Positions 32,180-39,629 are shown, counted from the stretch's first letter. The stretch is DNA of 39,642 nucleotides from an uncultured Acidimicrobiaceae bacterium (GCA_964600055.1 CAZRID010000001.1:1-39642); one strand, 5' to 3'. Numbers and translations are program-made. Notes: generated by a model not told the origin, from the letters alone.

Positions 32180-32472
32180 ACCGGCTCCGCAATCTGAGCG
32201 AGAGCCTCGAGGAGGTCCTCGACGACGAATTGAGGATCGACCCAGAAGGTGGAACCTGTCTCATCGGCGAGCCGGCTTCGCACTTTCAGCTTGGCAACGA
32301 ATGCCTCCGTTGCTCGGGCCTTAGACGACGTGTCGACGGACACGAGAAGCTTCCAACCGCAGTCGGGACGATGTTTCGGCCGACCAGTGATGTAGCAATG
32401 GTTGGGTCCGCCGGGAAGGTTCGAGATGCGAGGCCCATCCATGCTCGGTTCGATGCAGAGCCAGACTTTCAT
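32176..32472 (-). CDS. Hypothetical early protein (98 aa)
   Basis: Trimmed to the ATG at 32472 (TGATG overlap). Confidence 0.45.
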   Translation of the reverse strand: MKVWLCIEPSMDGPRISNLPGGPNHCYITGRPKHRPDCGWKLLVSVDTSSKARATEAFVAKLKVRSRLADETGSTFWVDPQFVVEDLLEALAQIAEPV

Positions 32473-32873
32473 CACGTCAGCACCTGGCGGATCACCCCGG
32501 ATGACCAGTCCGACGGCCGCCACAGATACCACGAGTTGGGGAGGGCCAGCTGCCACTTCTCCTGGTCGCGGGTCAGGCTCCCCTTCTCCGATTTGAACTC
32601 GACGAACAGGACCATGCCTCGGCGGGCGAAGACGACGTCGGGGAAGCCGGGGTCGCCCTGGATCGGGGTGGCCATGTGGCCCTTGGTCCAGGCCGGCCGG
32701 GTGTGCATCGCCAGCCAGCCGCGGAGGTGGGCGTAGTCGATGACGGCGGTCTGGAGCTCGCCCTCGAGCATGGCCCGGTCGAGAGTCTTGCGGGCAGGGC
32801 TGCGCTCCGGTAGCACCAGGTCCTCATCTGGGCCCGGATCGAACCGCAACTCGGAGATCGGGATCCGGCTCAT
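32472..32873 (-). CDS. VRR-NUC domain nuclease (133 aa)
   Basis: Trimmed to the ATG at 32873. The motif EGELQTAVIDYAHLRGW...GDPGFPDVVFARRGMVLFVEFKSEKGSLTRDQEKW is the PD-(D/E)xK VRR-NUC pattern. Confidence 0.75.
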   Translation of the reverse strand: MSRIPISELRFDPGPDEDLVLPERSPARKTLDRAMLEGELQTAVIDYAHLRGWLAMHTRPAWTKGHMATPIQGDPGFPDVVFARRGMVLFVEFKSEKGSLTRDQEKWQLALPNSWYLWRPSDWSSGVIRQVLT

Positions 32874-33895
32874 GCCACACCGGCTTTCGAGGCGGCCGGC
32901 TTGCAGCTCGGACACGGATAGGTCTCTTCGCCGGCGTCGCCATGGTCGACTGGGACCGCGGTGCCGGTTGGGGTGTGGGCGATGAGTCCGCGGCCGCCGC
33001 ATTGGCCGCAGGGTGGGCCGCCGATCGGGGTGACTGGGGAGGTTCGGTCGAGGTTGAACCGGGCCCAGTTGGAGGCGAGGCCGAGTGGGGTGTACTCGAG
33101 GCGTTTCGGTTCGACCCAGGTGCGGCGGTAGATCTTCGATCGGCGAAGGACTTCGGTGGGGGTGGCTTTGGACTCTCGGAGGAGTTTGGCCGCCCGGTTC
33201 CATTTGCCCCGTTCGGAGCCGTTGGTCGGTTGCGGATATCCGGCTTCGATGAGGGCGTCCCAGATCGGGTCGGCCGGTCTCGGTTGCGGAGCGGTTTCGC
33301 GTTCGACCGTAGGGAGAACTAATGGTGGTTCTTGATGGTTCCCTTTAGAGACCGGCAATGGGTTGCCGGTCTTAACGACGTCTGGTTGCCGGTCTTGATT
33401 CGCGTTAAGACCGGCAATGGGTTGCCGGTCTTGGCCGGGAACTACAACCACTTTCGCGGACTGCCCTTGAGCGGCAATGGGTTGCCGGTCTTGGCCGGTT
33501 TCGGGCCCGATCGAGGACTCGGATGGTTCCGATCCGGTGGCCGGGTTAAGACCGGCAATGGGTTGCCGGTCTTGATCGGTGAGGTCGATGACGAGCTCGT
33601 CGTCGGAGTTGATAGCTTCGATCAGGCTGGGCCAGCTGATCGCATGGGAAGCTTCGGGGATCCGGAGTTGATACTCCTGGGAGGCTTGCCGGCGGCGGGC
33701 GGCGACGTCGACCAGACCGAGCCGGCGGAGCGTCTCAAGGTGGTGGCGGACCGTCCGTTCAGCCCCGGACACCGCCCGGGCGAGTGACGCTTGGCCGGGA
33801 TGGCAGCGGCCGTCGTCGTTGGCATGGTCGGCGAGTCGGAGGAGGAGCAATTTGAGATGGCCGGGGAGGCCATCCATCTCCCACACTTTCGACAT
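32870..33895 (-). CDS. HTH replication-initiator-like protein with an internal DRQPIAGLN repeat linker (341 aa)
   Basis: N-terminal wHTH (LLLLRLADHANDDG...ASLARAVSGAERTVRHHLETLRRLGLV), an internal repeat linker encoded by the palindrome array, and a C-terminal CGQCGG...CPSC. Confidence 0.6.
   Translation of the reverse strand: MSKVWEMDGLPGHLKLLLLRLADHANDDGRCHPGQASLARAVSGAERTVRHHLETLRRLGLVDVAARRRQASQEYQLRIPEASHAISWPSLIEAINSDDELVIDLTDQDRQPIAGLNPATGSEPSESSIGPETGQDRQPIAAQGQSAKVVVVPGQDRQPIAGLNANQDRQPDVVKTGNPLPVSKGNHQEPPLVLPTVERETAPQPRPADPIWDALIEAGYPQPTNGSERGKWNRAAKLLRESKATPTEVLRRSKIYRRTWVEPKRLEYTPLGLASNWARFNLDRTSPVTPIGGPPCGQCGGRGLIAHTPTGTAVPVDHGDAGEETYPCPSCKPAASKAGVA
33349..33572. repeat. Palindromic iteron-like array (candidate origin of replication)
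   Basis: AGACCGGCAATGGGTTGCCGGTCT occurs exactly at 33349-33372, 33408-33431 and 33549-33572. A 22/24 copy lies at 33468-33491 and a right half-site at 33386-33395. A comparatively AT-rich stretch flanks it at about 33311-33348. Confidence 0.6.
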
Positions 33896-33906
33896 GAGGC
33901 GGATGC

Positions 33907-34281
33907 TCAAGATGGTTCTCCCAGGTAGGCGGCGGCGACGGTCCCGTCGTCGTTGAGCACCACCCGCCACTGTCCCCGCCGGTCGCTCGCCGGCATCAGC
34001 GCCTGGCCGTCGAGCTCGAGGGCAGTGGCACCCGACATGACCAGCGCACCGACCAGCTGGCAGAGAATCTGCTCCTCGGACAGCATCACGGTCGCTGTAG
34101 CAACCTCAGTAATCGTGTAGGAGCGTTTCTTGGCGGAGGTGTGGCCGTCGGGTAAGACCCGCAAGGTTCGACCGGCCAGGGTGACCTCGTGCGCCGACTC
34201 ATGTGAGTGGGCGGATCGGAGAGTCGACACCGTCAACGACGTCGCCTTCACCGTCCGCTCGAGGTGGGGCTGCCAAGTCAT
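33907..34281 (-). CDS. Hypothetical early protein (124 aa)
   Basis: ATGA-coupled to the upstream gene. Confidence 0.5.
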   Translation of the reverse strand: MTWQPHLERTVKATSLTVSTLRSAHSHESAHEVTLAGRTLRVLPDGHTSAKKRSYTITEVATATVMLSEEQILCQLVGALVMSGATALELDGQALMPASDRRGQWRVVLNDDGTVAAAYLGEPS

Positions 34282-34538
34282 TCGACTTCACTACCCGGCA
34301 TATAGGTGCCGGCGGCGATCAGCTTGACCCGGACCGCGGCCGACGCACCCCAAAGGTGGCGGGCCCTGGCGATCAGCAAAGCGTGGAGGCCCAGCTCCTC
34401 CGCCCGCCACGCCTGCCAGATCGCATCACGGAGATCGGCCGGCAGTTGGAACCAATGCTTACGGCACGCCAAACGGTGACGGGGAACCTTGGCCTTGCAA
34501 CGCGGAGCCGGGCAGCCGTGGAAGCTGGGGAGACTCAT
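34278..34538 (-). CDS. Hypothetical early protein (86 aa)
   Basis: Coupled. Contains CPAPRC...ACRKHW. Confidence 0.5.
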   Translation of the reverse strand: MSLPSFHGCPAPRCKAKVPRHRLACRKHWFQLPADLRDAIWQAWRAEELGLHALLIARARHLWGASAAVRVKLIAAGTYMPGSEVE

Positions 34539-34834
34539 ACCGGCACCCCCTCCGGATCTCCGGCCGGGTCATACGGCTTCGGGGTGGGATCGGTCGAGAT
34601 GGCGATAGCCAACGCCGCCGCCAGGATCCGCACCGCTTCGTCGTGGACGTTGTAACCGAGGCCGGGGAACCGGGCCGCGATGGCGAACTTGCCGACATGC
34701 TCCGACAGTGAGGCCAGCTGGACGAGGGGCGGCGAATGGAGAACAGACTCGCCGGCGAAAAGGGACTCGTCGTCGATCATCAACTCGGTCGCCTTCGACA
34801 CCAGCACCGTGATCCGATCCGGATGCGTGTACAT
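34535..34834 (-). CDS. Hypothetical early protein (99 aa)
   Basis: 1-nt overlap with the ParB-like stop. Confidence 0.5.
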   Translation of the reverse strand: MYTHPDRITVLVSKATELMIDDESLFAGESVLHSPPLVQLASLSEHVGKFAIAARFPGLGYNVHDEAVRILAAALAIAISTDPTPKPYDPAGDPEGVPV

Positions 34835-36255
34835 CAGGCCGGGACCGCCTCGAGTTCACGATCGGGGTCTCCCTCGAGGAGGCCTTGGCCGTGGCGGGCG
34901 AGGAGGTCGAGGAACTGGTATCGGAAGTCGGTTTTGGAATCCCGCCACGAGTACTCGAACGATTCCGCGAAAGCGACCGCCGCTGCCAGGGCGACTCGTG
35001 GTGGGTCGATGGGGAACAGGTCGAGCAGGGCGGCCTTGCGGATCTTGTGGCCGGCCGACTGGTTGAGCTTGCGGTGAAGCTTGGAGAACGGGGTGGCGCT
35101 GAGGAGGTCGTTGGCGGTGGTCAGCTGGACCGAGTTCATCGTGTCGATCAGGAGGAGGACCGCCTGGTGGTAGACCAGCTCGGGATGGTCGACCGTGACC
35201 AGGGCAGCGGCGGCCTGCTCGAGCCGGATGGCTTTGGCTTTTTCCCGGGCTCTGTCCGCGGCGTTTCGACGGTGGCCGTCGTCGGCGGAGACGTCTTGGC
35301 CGGCGGCTAGTTTTACCTGTGAGGGTCCGGAGGCGTTGTGCCGGTTCGGTTCGACACACCACCAGCGGGGCTCGCAGACCCGCTGCTTGTTGTTGGCCCA
35401 GTGGAAGGTGACATCGAAACGGGCGCAGGGTTCGGTCTTGTGAGCCTCGACGTCGACCTGCAAACCCCACCGGTCGACTCGGGCCAGACCACCGATCTGG
35501 CGGTCGATGTCGCTCAACCGGGAGTAGCCGAGGGCGGTCATCTCCGCGGCGAAGCGGGACTCGGCGAGTCGGTGACCGGCGAGCTCTGCCTCCTGGCGGA
35601 TCTCATGGGCCAGCGAACCGAAGTCCTCTTCGGCCATGGCGGTGACGGTGTCGGCGATGGTCTCGAGCAGACCCTCGCGGTCGACGCCCTCGATCTTCAA
35701 CGTGGCCGCCAACTGGTAGGCGTCGTCGAGGCGGAGGGACCCTTTGGCGACCAGGTCGAGCGCCTGCTTGGGAAGGTCGAGAAGCGTCAGCCGCTTCGAC
35801 ACGTGCGACTTGGTGCGGGAAACCCGGCGGGCGATGTCGACCTGTTTGAGGCCGAGATCGAGCAGCCGTTTGAAAGCGTTGGCCTCGTCGACCGGGGACA
35901 GGTCCTCACGTTGGAGGTTCTCGACCAGCTGGAGGATCGCCGCCTCGGTCGCGTCGAGGACAGTGACGAGGGCGGGGATGGTCTTCGAGCCGGCCTTGGC
36001 AGCCGCGGCGTGACGACGGTGGCCGGCCACGATCAACCATCGCCCCTTCCTCGAGGGATGTTCACGGACTAGGACCGGTTCGAGGACGCCATGTTCGACG
36101 ATCGAAGCGGCCAGCTCGCGGAGGTCGCCCAGGTTTGAGCGGGGATTGTCCGGATCGGGATCGACTTTGCCGATCGGGAGGGAGAGGACCTCGGTCACGC
36201 TGCCACCCCGTCTCTCCCGACCATGCAAATGTCCCGCCGGACCTACTTCATTCAT
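34834..36255 (-). CDS. ParB/Spo0J-like protein with a long C-terminal extension (473 aa); no ParA partner in the window
   Basis: ParB N-terminal domain (DPDPDNPRS...LAASIVEHGVLEPVLV...IVAGHRRHAAA) and HTH (QVDIARRVSRTKSHVSKRL). About 280 further residues are unrecognised. Confidence 0.8.
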   Translation of the reverse strand: MNEVGPAGHLHGRERRGGSVTEVLSLPIGKVDPDPDNPRSNLGDLRELAASIVEHGVLEPVLVREHPSRKGRWLIVAGHRRHAAAAKAGSKTIPALVTVLDATEAAILQLVENLQREDLSPVDEANAFKRLLDLGLKQVDIARRVSRTKSHVSKRLTLLDLPKQALDLVAKGSLRLDDAYQLAATLKIEGVDREGLLETIADTVTAMAEEDFGSLAHEIRQEAELAGHRLAESRFAAEMTALGYSRLSDIDRQIGGLARVDRWGLQVDVEAHKTEPCARFDVTFHWANNKQRVCEPRWWCVEPNRHNASGPSQVKLAAGQDVSADDGHRRNAADRAREKAKAIRLEQAAAALVTVDHPELVYHQAVLLLIDTMNSVQLTTANDLLSATPFSKLHRKLNQSAGHKIRKAALLDLFPIDPPRVALAAAVAFAESFEYSWRDSKTDFRYQFLDLLARHGQGLLEGDPDRELEAVPA

Positions 36256-36545
36256 CGGGTTCTCCTCAAGCTGTAGAGCAGAGCCGAGAAGAACACGTCG
36301 GACCGTGCCTCTTTCTCGGCGTCACGGATATGGCGATCGACCGAACCGGAATGGACACCGATCGCCGCTGCGATCTCCACCGATCGGAGGCCGAGATCTC
36401 GGCGGGCGATGAACGCCACCAGCCGGCGGCCTTTCACCGCGGCCGCGCAGCGATGGCCGGAACGGATCCGATCGGGGAAGACTTGGCATTCGAGGGCGAC
36501 GTCGTCGACGAGGGACTCGAGTGGGGAAGTGGCGGTCAGAGTCAC
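36252..36545 (-). CDS. DnaA-domain-IV-like HTH protein (97 aa)
   Basis: RRLVAFIARRDLGLRSVEIAAAIGVHSGSVDRHIRDAEKE resembles the DnaA C-terminal HTH. Confidence 0.5.
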   Translation of the reverse strand: MTLTATSPLESLVDDVALECQVFPDRIRSGHRCAAAVKGRRLVAFIARRDLGLRSVEIAAAIGVHSGSVDRHIRDAEKEARSDVFFSALLYSLRRTR

Positions 36546-36551
36546 GATGGG

Positions 36552-36686
36552 TCAGTCGTCCTCTTCGACGTCGCCGGCGGTCATCGCCAATCCATAGAAA
36601 GCGAGCGCGGCGCACACGACGCCGACGATGAGCCACACCCACCCTGGGACCGCGGTCAGGTTGATACCGGGGAGGGTTGAGCTCAT
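36552..36686 (-). CDS. Small membrane protein (44 aa)
   Basis: Trimmed to the ATG at 36686 (ATGA overlap). One TM helix and an acidic tail. Confidence 0.45.
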   Translation of the reverse strand: MSSTLPGINLTAVPGWVWLIVGVVCAALAFYGLAMTAGDVEEDD

Positions 36687-37108
36687 GAGTTGACCACCTG
36701 GAGGATGAACTTTTTGGAGCGTCGGTAGACCCTTTCGGAGAGGCGGACGTGGGCCCGCCACTCTTGGGCCAAGAGGTCGATGGTGGCGTCCTCATGGTCG
36801 GGTGAGTCGGCGAGTTGGCGGCCTTCCCATCCGCAGCTGCAACTGACCGAGTAGAACTCAGAGGCGCCGCCGGCGGATCCGTCGCGGGAGGCGCAAACGA
36901 CATGTAGCGGCATCCGCGGTGGGGGAGGGGAGGTGTTGAGGTCGATCGTTGGCAGCTCCGGGAGCTGCGGAAGTGCTGGCCAATGCCAGGGGTCGGAGAG
37001 GTCGACCGTGACGCCGTTTCCGGGCGGGACCTCGAGGTGGCCGGGGCCGATCGGGCCGCTGGGGCCGATGTCTTCGGCGGCGGTGTACTTGGGCTTGGGT
37101 GACTCCAT
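36683..37108 (-). CDS. Hypothetical early protein (141 aa)
   Basis: Trimmed to the ATG at 37108 (TAATG overlap). Confidence 0.5.
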   Translation of the reverse strand: MESPKPKYTAAEDIGPSGPIGPGHLEVPPGNGVTVDLSDPWHWPALPQLPELPTIDLNTSPPPPRMPLHVVCASRDGSAGGASEFYSVSCSCGWEGRQLADSPDHEDATIDLLAQEWRAHVRLSERVYRRSKKFILQVVNS

Positions 37109-37356
37109 TATCTTTTCTCCTCGTCTGTGATCCGCATGGCTCCGCCGGCAAGGGCGGAACCGGCCAGGCCCCATGCGGCCAGGTCGCGGAGGGAGACGTC
37201 GAAGTACCTGATCATTTCGACGATCCCCCAACAGCCCACGGAGATCGCCAGCACTCCGGCGAATATCGCCGCTCCTCCGGTCGCTCCCACGCCGAACTTC
37301 TTCCACGGCGACCGCCGGCGGCGATAGCCGGCCGCCGCCAGGTGACGGGTTCTCAT
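37108..37356 (-). CDS. Membrane protein (about 82 aa; start uncertain among 37356, 37365 and 37452)
   Basis: TM helices GVGATGGAAIFAGVLAISVGCWGIV and AAWGLAGSALAGGA. GC3 bias drops upstream of 37365. Confidence 0.45.
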   Translation of the reverse strand: MRTRHLAAAGYRRRRSPWKKFGVGATGGAAIFAGVLAISVGCWGIVEMIRYFDVSLRDLAAWGLAGSALAGGAMRITDEEKR

Positions 37357-37501
37357 CTGATCCACTAGCCCACCTTCCACGTAGGTACCTCTGTCGCTGC
37401 TTTGAAAAGGAGCCGGCCCGCCCGTTGGGGGGTATCCGCAATCCGTCGCCACCAGGAGGGCGAGTGGGCAGGATTTGGACGGGCCGGGGCCGCCGGCGAG
37501 A

Positions 37502-37534
37502 CGCCTCCGGAGGCGGAGGTTGGCTCCACCTCCG
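37502..37534 (-). terminator. Overlapping 14-nt perfect palindrome and 7-bp hairpin in an early intergenic gap
   Basis: CGCCTCCGGAGGCG at 37502-37515 overlaps cggaggt/acctccg at 37514-37534. They lie in the 110-205-nt non-coding gap of the leftward early operon. Confidence 0.35.
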
Positions 37535-37561
37535 AACCTCGACGACGGGAAGGGGAAACGG

Positions 37562-37771
37562 TCACAGGCACTTCTCGCAGACCATCAGCCTCGACACCGG
37601 GTGCTTACGGAACGCTTTGGCGTAACCCCAATGGGGACACCCCGGCCGGGTCGACGATCGGGAAAGGCTTCCCCCTGCATCCGCCCGCCGGAGTGGGAGT
37701 GGGGGCCGGGCGGACGCAGGGGAAACTTGACCGGCGGCGTTTGGGACCGTGGGGGTGGTGTGGTGGCTCAT
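37562..37771 (-). CDS. Small protein with a C-terminal Cys/His cluster (69 aa)
   Basis: ATG at 37771 in an ATGA overlap. The C-terminus reads GCPHWGYAKAFRKHPVSRLMVCEKCL. Confidence 0.4.
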   Translation of the reverse strand: MSHHTTPTVPNAAGQVSPASARPPLPLRRADAGGSLSRSSTRPGCPHWGYAKAFRKHPVSRLMVCEKCL

Positions 37772-38295
37772 CCCCAACATCCCCTCGAGGACCGCCAGGC
37801 GCCCAAACCCTGGGTGAGCCAGATCTGGTAGGCGACAGCGGCGTTGGTCCACGGGTCGGTGTAATCACCAGGCCAGCCCTTCTGCCAGAGCGGCATGATT
37901 TGGAAGAGGCCGAGAGCTCCGGAGCCGTGACGGTTTGGCACTGATGGAACTCCGCCCGATTCGCAGTCGATGACTTTGAGCATGAGGTCGACCTGGTCGG
38001 CTGGCCAGTAGTGGGCGACCAGCGGCCGCCACTGTTCGACTCCGGCGGACATCGGCGTTGGGCTGCCTGTAATCCTCAACGCCGATGTCACCGGACTTGG
38101 AACCATCCGCGCCGGGCGGTGGCGGAACTTCATCCCGGCGTACTCGGCCATCAGCTGGGCTGGAGGGTCGAACGGTGTGAACCCTTGAGCTTCGACCCGG
38201 TGGTGCCAGTCCGCTTCCCACACTGCGAGCTCGACGTCGGTATGCGCCACCAGCGGAGGGAAGGCGAGGACCGCGGTGAGAGCAACAGCTGACAT
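37768..38295 (-). CDS. Secreted lytic transglycosylase (SLT/lysozyme-like), 175 aa
   Basis: Signal peptide MSAVALTAVLAFPPLVAHT. Catalytic-region motif VIDCESGG...SGALGLFQIM. Confidence 0.7.
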   Translation of the reverse strand: MSAVALTAVLAFPPLVAHTDVELAVWEADWHHRVEAQGFTPFDPPAQLMAEYAGMKFRHRPARMVPSPVTSALRITGSPTPMSAGVEQWRPLVAHYWPADQVDLMLKVIDCESGGVPSVPNRHGSGALGLFQIMPLWQKGWPGDYTDPWTNAAVAYQIWLTQGLGAWRSSRGCWG

Positions 38296-38441
38296 CACAA
38301 GTCCAGTCCGGCCAGGGTCGACCACCCGGCTAGCCAGTTATCGGTCAGCTCGCCGGTAGAGGTCGGAGTGTCCAACAACACCCATGCCATGACCGCGAAG
38401 AACACGACCCACATGACGAAGAGGGGGACGGTGACTTTCAT
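38295..38441 (-). CDS. Small membrane protein (48 aa)
   Basis: Trimmed to the ATG at 38441 (ATGA overlap). TM helix VPLFVMWVVFFAVMAWVLL. Confidence 0.45.
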   Translation of the reverse strand: MKVTVPLFVMWVVFFAVMAWVLLDTPTSTGELTDNWLAGWSTLAGLDL

Positions 38442-38749
38442 GCCAGCCACCCGAAACCGACCAGCTTCCAAAACGAGAAGAGCCCTAGCAGCACACCGGC
38501 TGCCAGGGCCAAACCGCCGGTAACCATGAACCGCACCGCCGACGCCGCGCCACACTCGGCGTCGTCGTGTGGACCGGACCCGCCGGCCTCGAGGTGGGTG
38601 ATCAGAAGCGGATCGGGCTGACTCTCCGGAACCCGTGGCCTGCTGGGGCCGAATGGATCGTCGGACCCAACCAAAGGAGGACCGAACGGGTCGCTGGGAC
38701 CGCCAACAGTGTCACGGCCAGGACCGCGAAGATTCGACCATTGCTCCAT
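38438..38749 (-). CDS. Pro/Gly-rich protein with a C-terminal TM anchor (103 aa)
   Basis: Trimmed to the ATG at 38749. The C-terminus reads FMVTGGLALAAGVLLGLFSFWKLVGFGWLA. Confidence 0.45.
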   Translation of the reverse strand: MEQWSNLRGPGRDTVGGPSDPFGPPLVGSDDPFGPSRPRVPESQPDPLLITHLEAGGSGPHDDAECGAASAVRFMVTGGLALAAGVLLGLFSFWKLVGFGWLA

Positions 38750-38982
38750 CAGCAGGTCGCCTCGGCGAGGATGGTGGTCGAGGTGCTGTCGGTGACGATC
38801 GCCGACCCGAGACACACCTGGTCACGTTCGATCAGGATGTCGAGTTGACTTTCAACCGAGGTGAGGAAGACGGTGTACTCGGCGTGTGTCTCCCGGATCC
38901 CGACCAGGCGACCAGCCGAATAGACCGCCGCCAGGAGGCAGACCAAAACGATCGCCGTCCACAACCTCGAAGACGTGACCAT
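38749..38982 (-). CDS. Signal-anchored small protein (77 aa)
   Basis: Trimmed to the ATG at 38982 (TGATG overlap). N-terminal helix LWTAIVLVCLLAAVYSAG. Confidence 0.45.
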   Translation of the reverse strand: MVTSSRLWTAIVLVCLLAAVYSAGRLVGIRETHAEYTVFLTSVESQLDILIERDQVCLGSAIVTDSTSTTILAEATC

Positions 38983-39200
38983 CAGGCCGCACCCTCGCTG
39001 GCTGGATCGAGGGCTCGGCACCAAGCACTGATGGTGCTGGCCGTGACCGTCACGAGTCCACCGGTTAGGTGGTGAAGCTCCATCGATATCGTCTCGAAGG
39101 ACTTGCCGGCGTGGCGGCTGCTGGTTAGGAGAGTTCGGAGATCGTCGCACCCCTTGTCAGCGAGGATCCGCTCGACCATCTGCTGGAGTTTGGCAGCCAT
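38982..39200 (-). CDS. Cro-like / early HTH regulator (72 aa)
   Basis: First gene of the leftward operon, divergent from the XRE gene. HTH-like segment SFETISMELHHLTGGLVTVTASTISAWCRAL. Confidence 0.5.
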   Translation of the reverse strand: MAAKLQQMVERILADKGCDDLRTLLTSSRHAGKSFETISMELHHLTGGLVTVTASTISAWCRALDPASEGAA

Positions 39201-39299
39201 TCCAATAGCTTGGCATTTTCACCAAACAGTGTCAAGCATTCACCAAGAAATCCGCGGGACACCTTGATTCTTGTTATCGGAATGGCCTAGCCTCACGGC
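39201..39299. promoter_or_regulatory. Divergent immunity switch region with repeated operator-like motif and candidate promoters
   Basis: AT-richer 99-nt gap. GCATTTTCACCAA (39213-39225) and GCATTCACCAA (39236-39246) form a repeated motif. TTGATT (39264-39269), an 18-nt spacer and TAGCCT (39288-39293) end 6 nt before the ATG at 39300. A TTGACA occurs on the minus strand. Confidence 0.5.
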
Positions 39300-39566
39300 A
39301 TGGCGGAAAAGGAATGGACACCGGTACTGGGGCTTCGAATGGCAATGACACGACGTGGGCAGAGCCGCGCTGACCTCGCCGTCGAACTAGAGAAGACACT
39401 CGGCAAGCGTTGGACGGAGACGATGGTCAACGAGCTTGTGGCTGGCCGCAAGCGGATCACCCTCGAGATCCTTATGGCTATCTCGGAGATCCAGCGGATC
39501 CCGCTCGAGTACTACGCCTATGGGCGACAGAAGAGCCGGTACGCTGACGAACCTATTCCGGGGTAG
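39300..39566 (+). CDS. XRE-family HTH repressor (CI-like), 88 aa
   Basis: HTH_3 pattern (RRGQSRADLAVELEKTLGKRWTETMVNELVAGRKRITLEILMAISEIQRIPLEYY). Divergent from the early operon. Confidence 0.75.
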   Translation: MAEKEWTPVLGLRMAMTRRGQSRADLAVELEKTLGKRWTETMVNELVAGRKRITLEILMAISEIQRIPLEYYAYGRQKSRYADEPIPG

Positions 39567-39629
39567 CTCAATTGGCAGAGCGGTGGACTGTTAATCCATA
39601 GGTTGAGAGTTCAAGTCTCTCCCCCGGAG
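39557..39629 (+). tRNA. tRNA-Asn(GTT): tRNA-Asn (anticodon GTT), 73 nt, CCA not encoded
   Basis: Hand-folded. Acceptor stem tccgggg/ccccgga; D arm gctc..gagc; anticodon stem gtgga/tccat with loop ctGTTaa; T arm gagag-ttcaagt-ctctc; discriminator g. Confidence 0.85.

Noticed and set aside
33349-33572. Possible CRISPR array, because of regularly spaced 24-nt repeats
   Set aside because: The repeats are perfect palindromes, the spacers are irregular (35-57 nt), there are only 4-5 copies, the region lies inside a well-supported CDS and no cas genes are present. An iteron/origin interpretation fits better.
37365-37571. ORF 37365-37571(-) and the plus-strand ORFs 37402-37944 and 37475-37831 filling the early gap
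   Set aside because: The translations are Pro/Arg/Ser/Gly-rich with no coupling to neighbouring genes. The region is better explained as non-coding with palindromic structure.
39557-39629. tRNA-Asn as a classical attL/attR integration junction
   Set aside because: The prophage body lies upstream of the tRNA 5' end rather than downstream of its 3' end. I also found no duplicated tRNA fragment elsewhere in the window, so the standard 3'-end integration picture does not fit. I kept it only as an attP-containing or phage-borne tRNA hypothesis.
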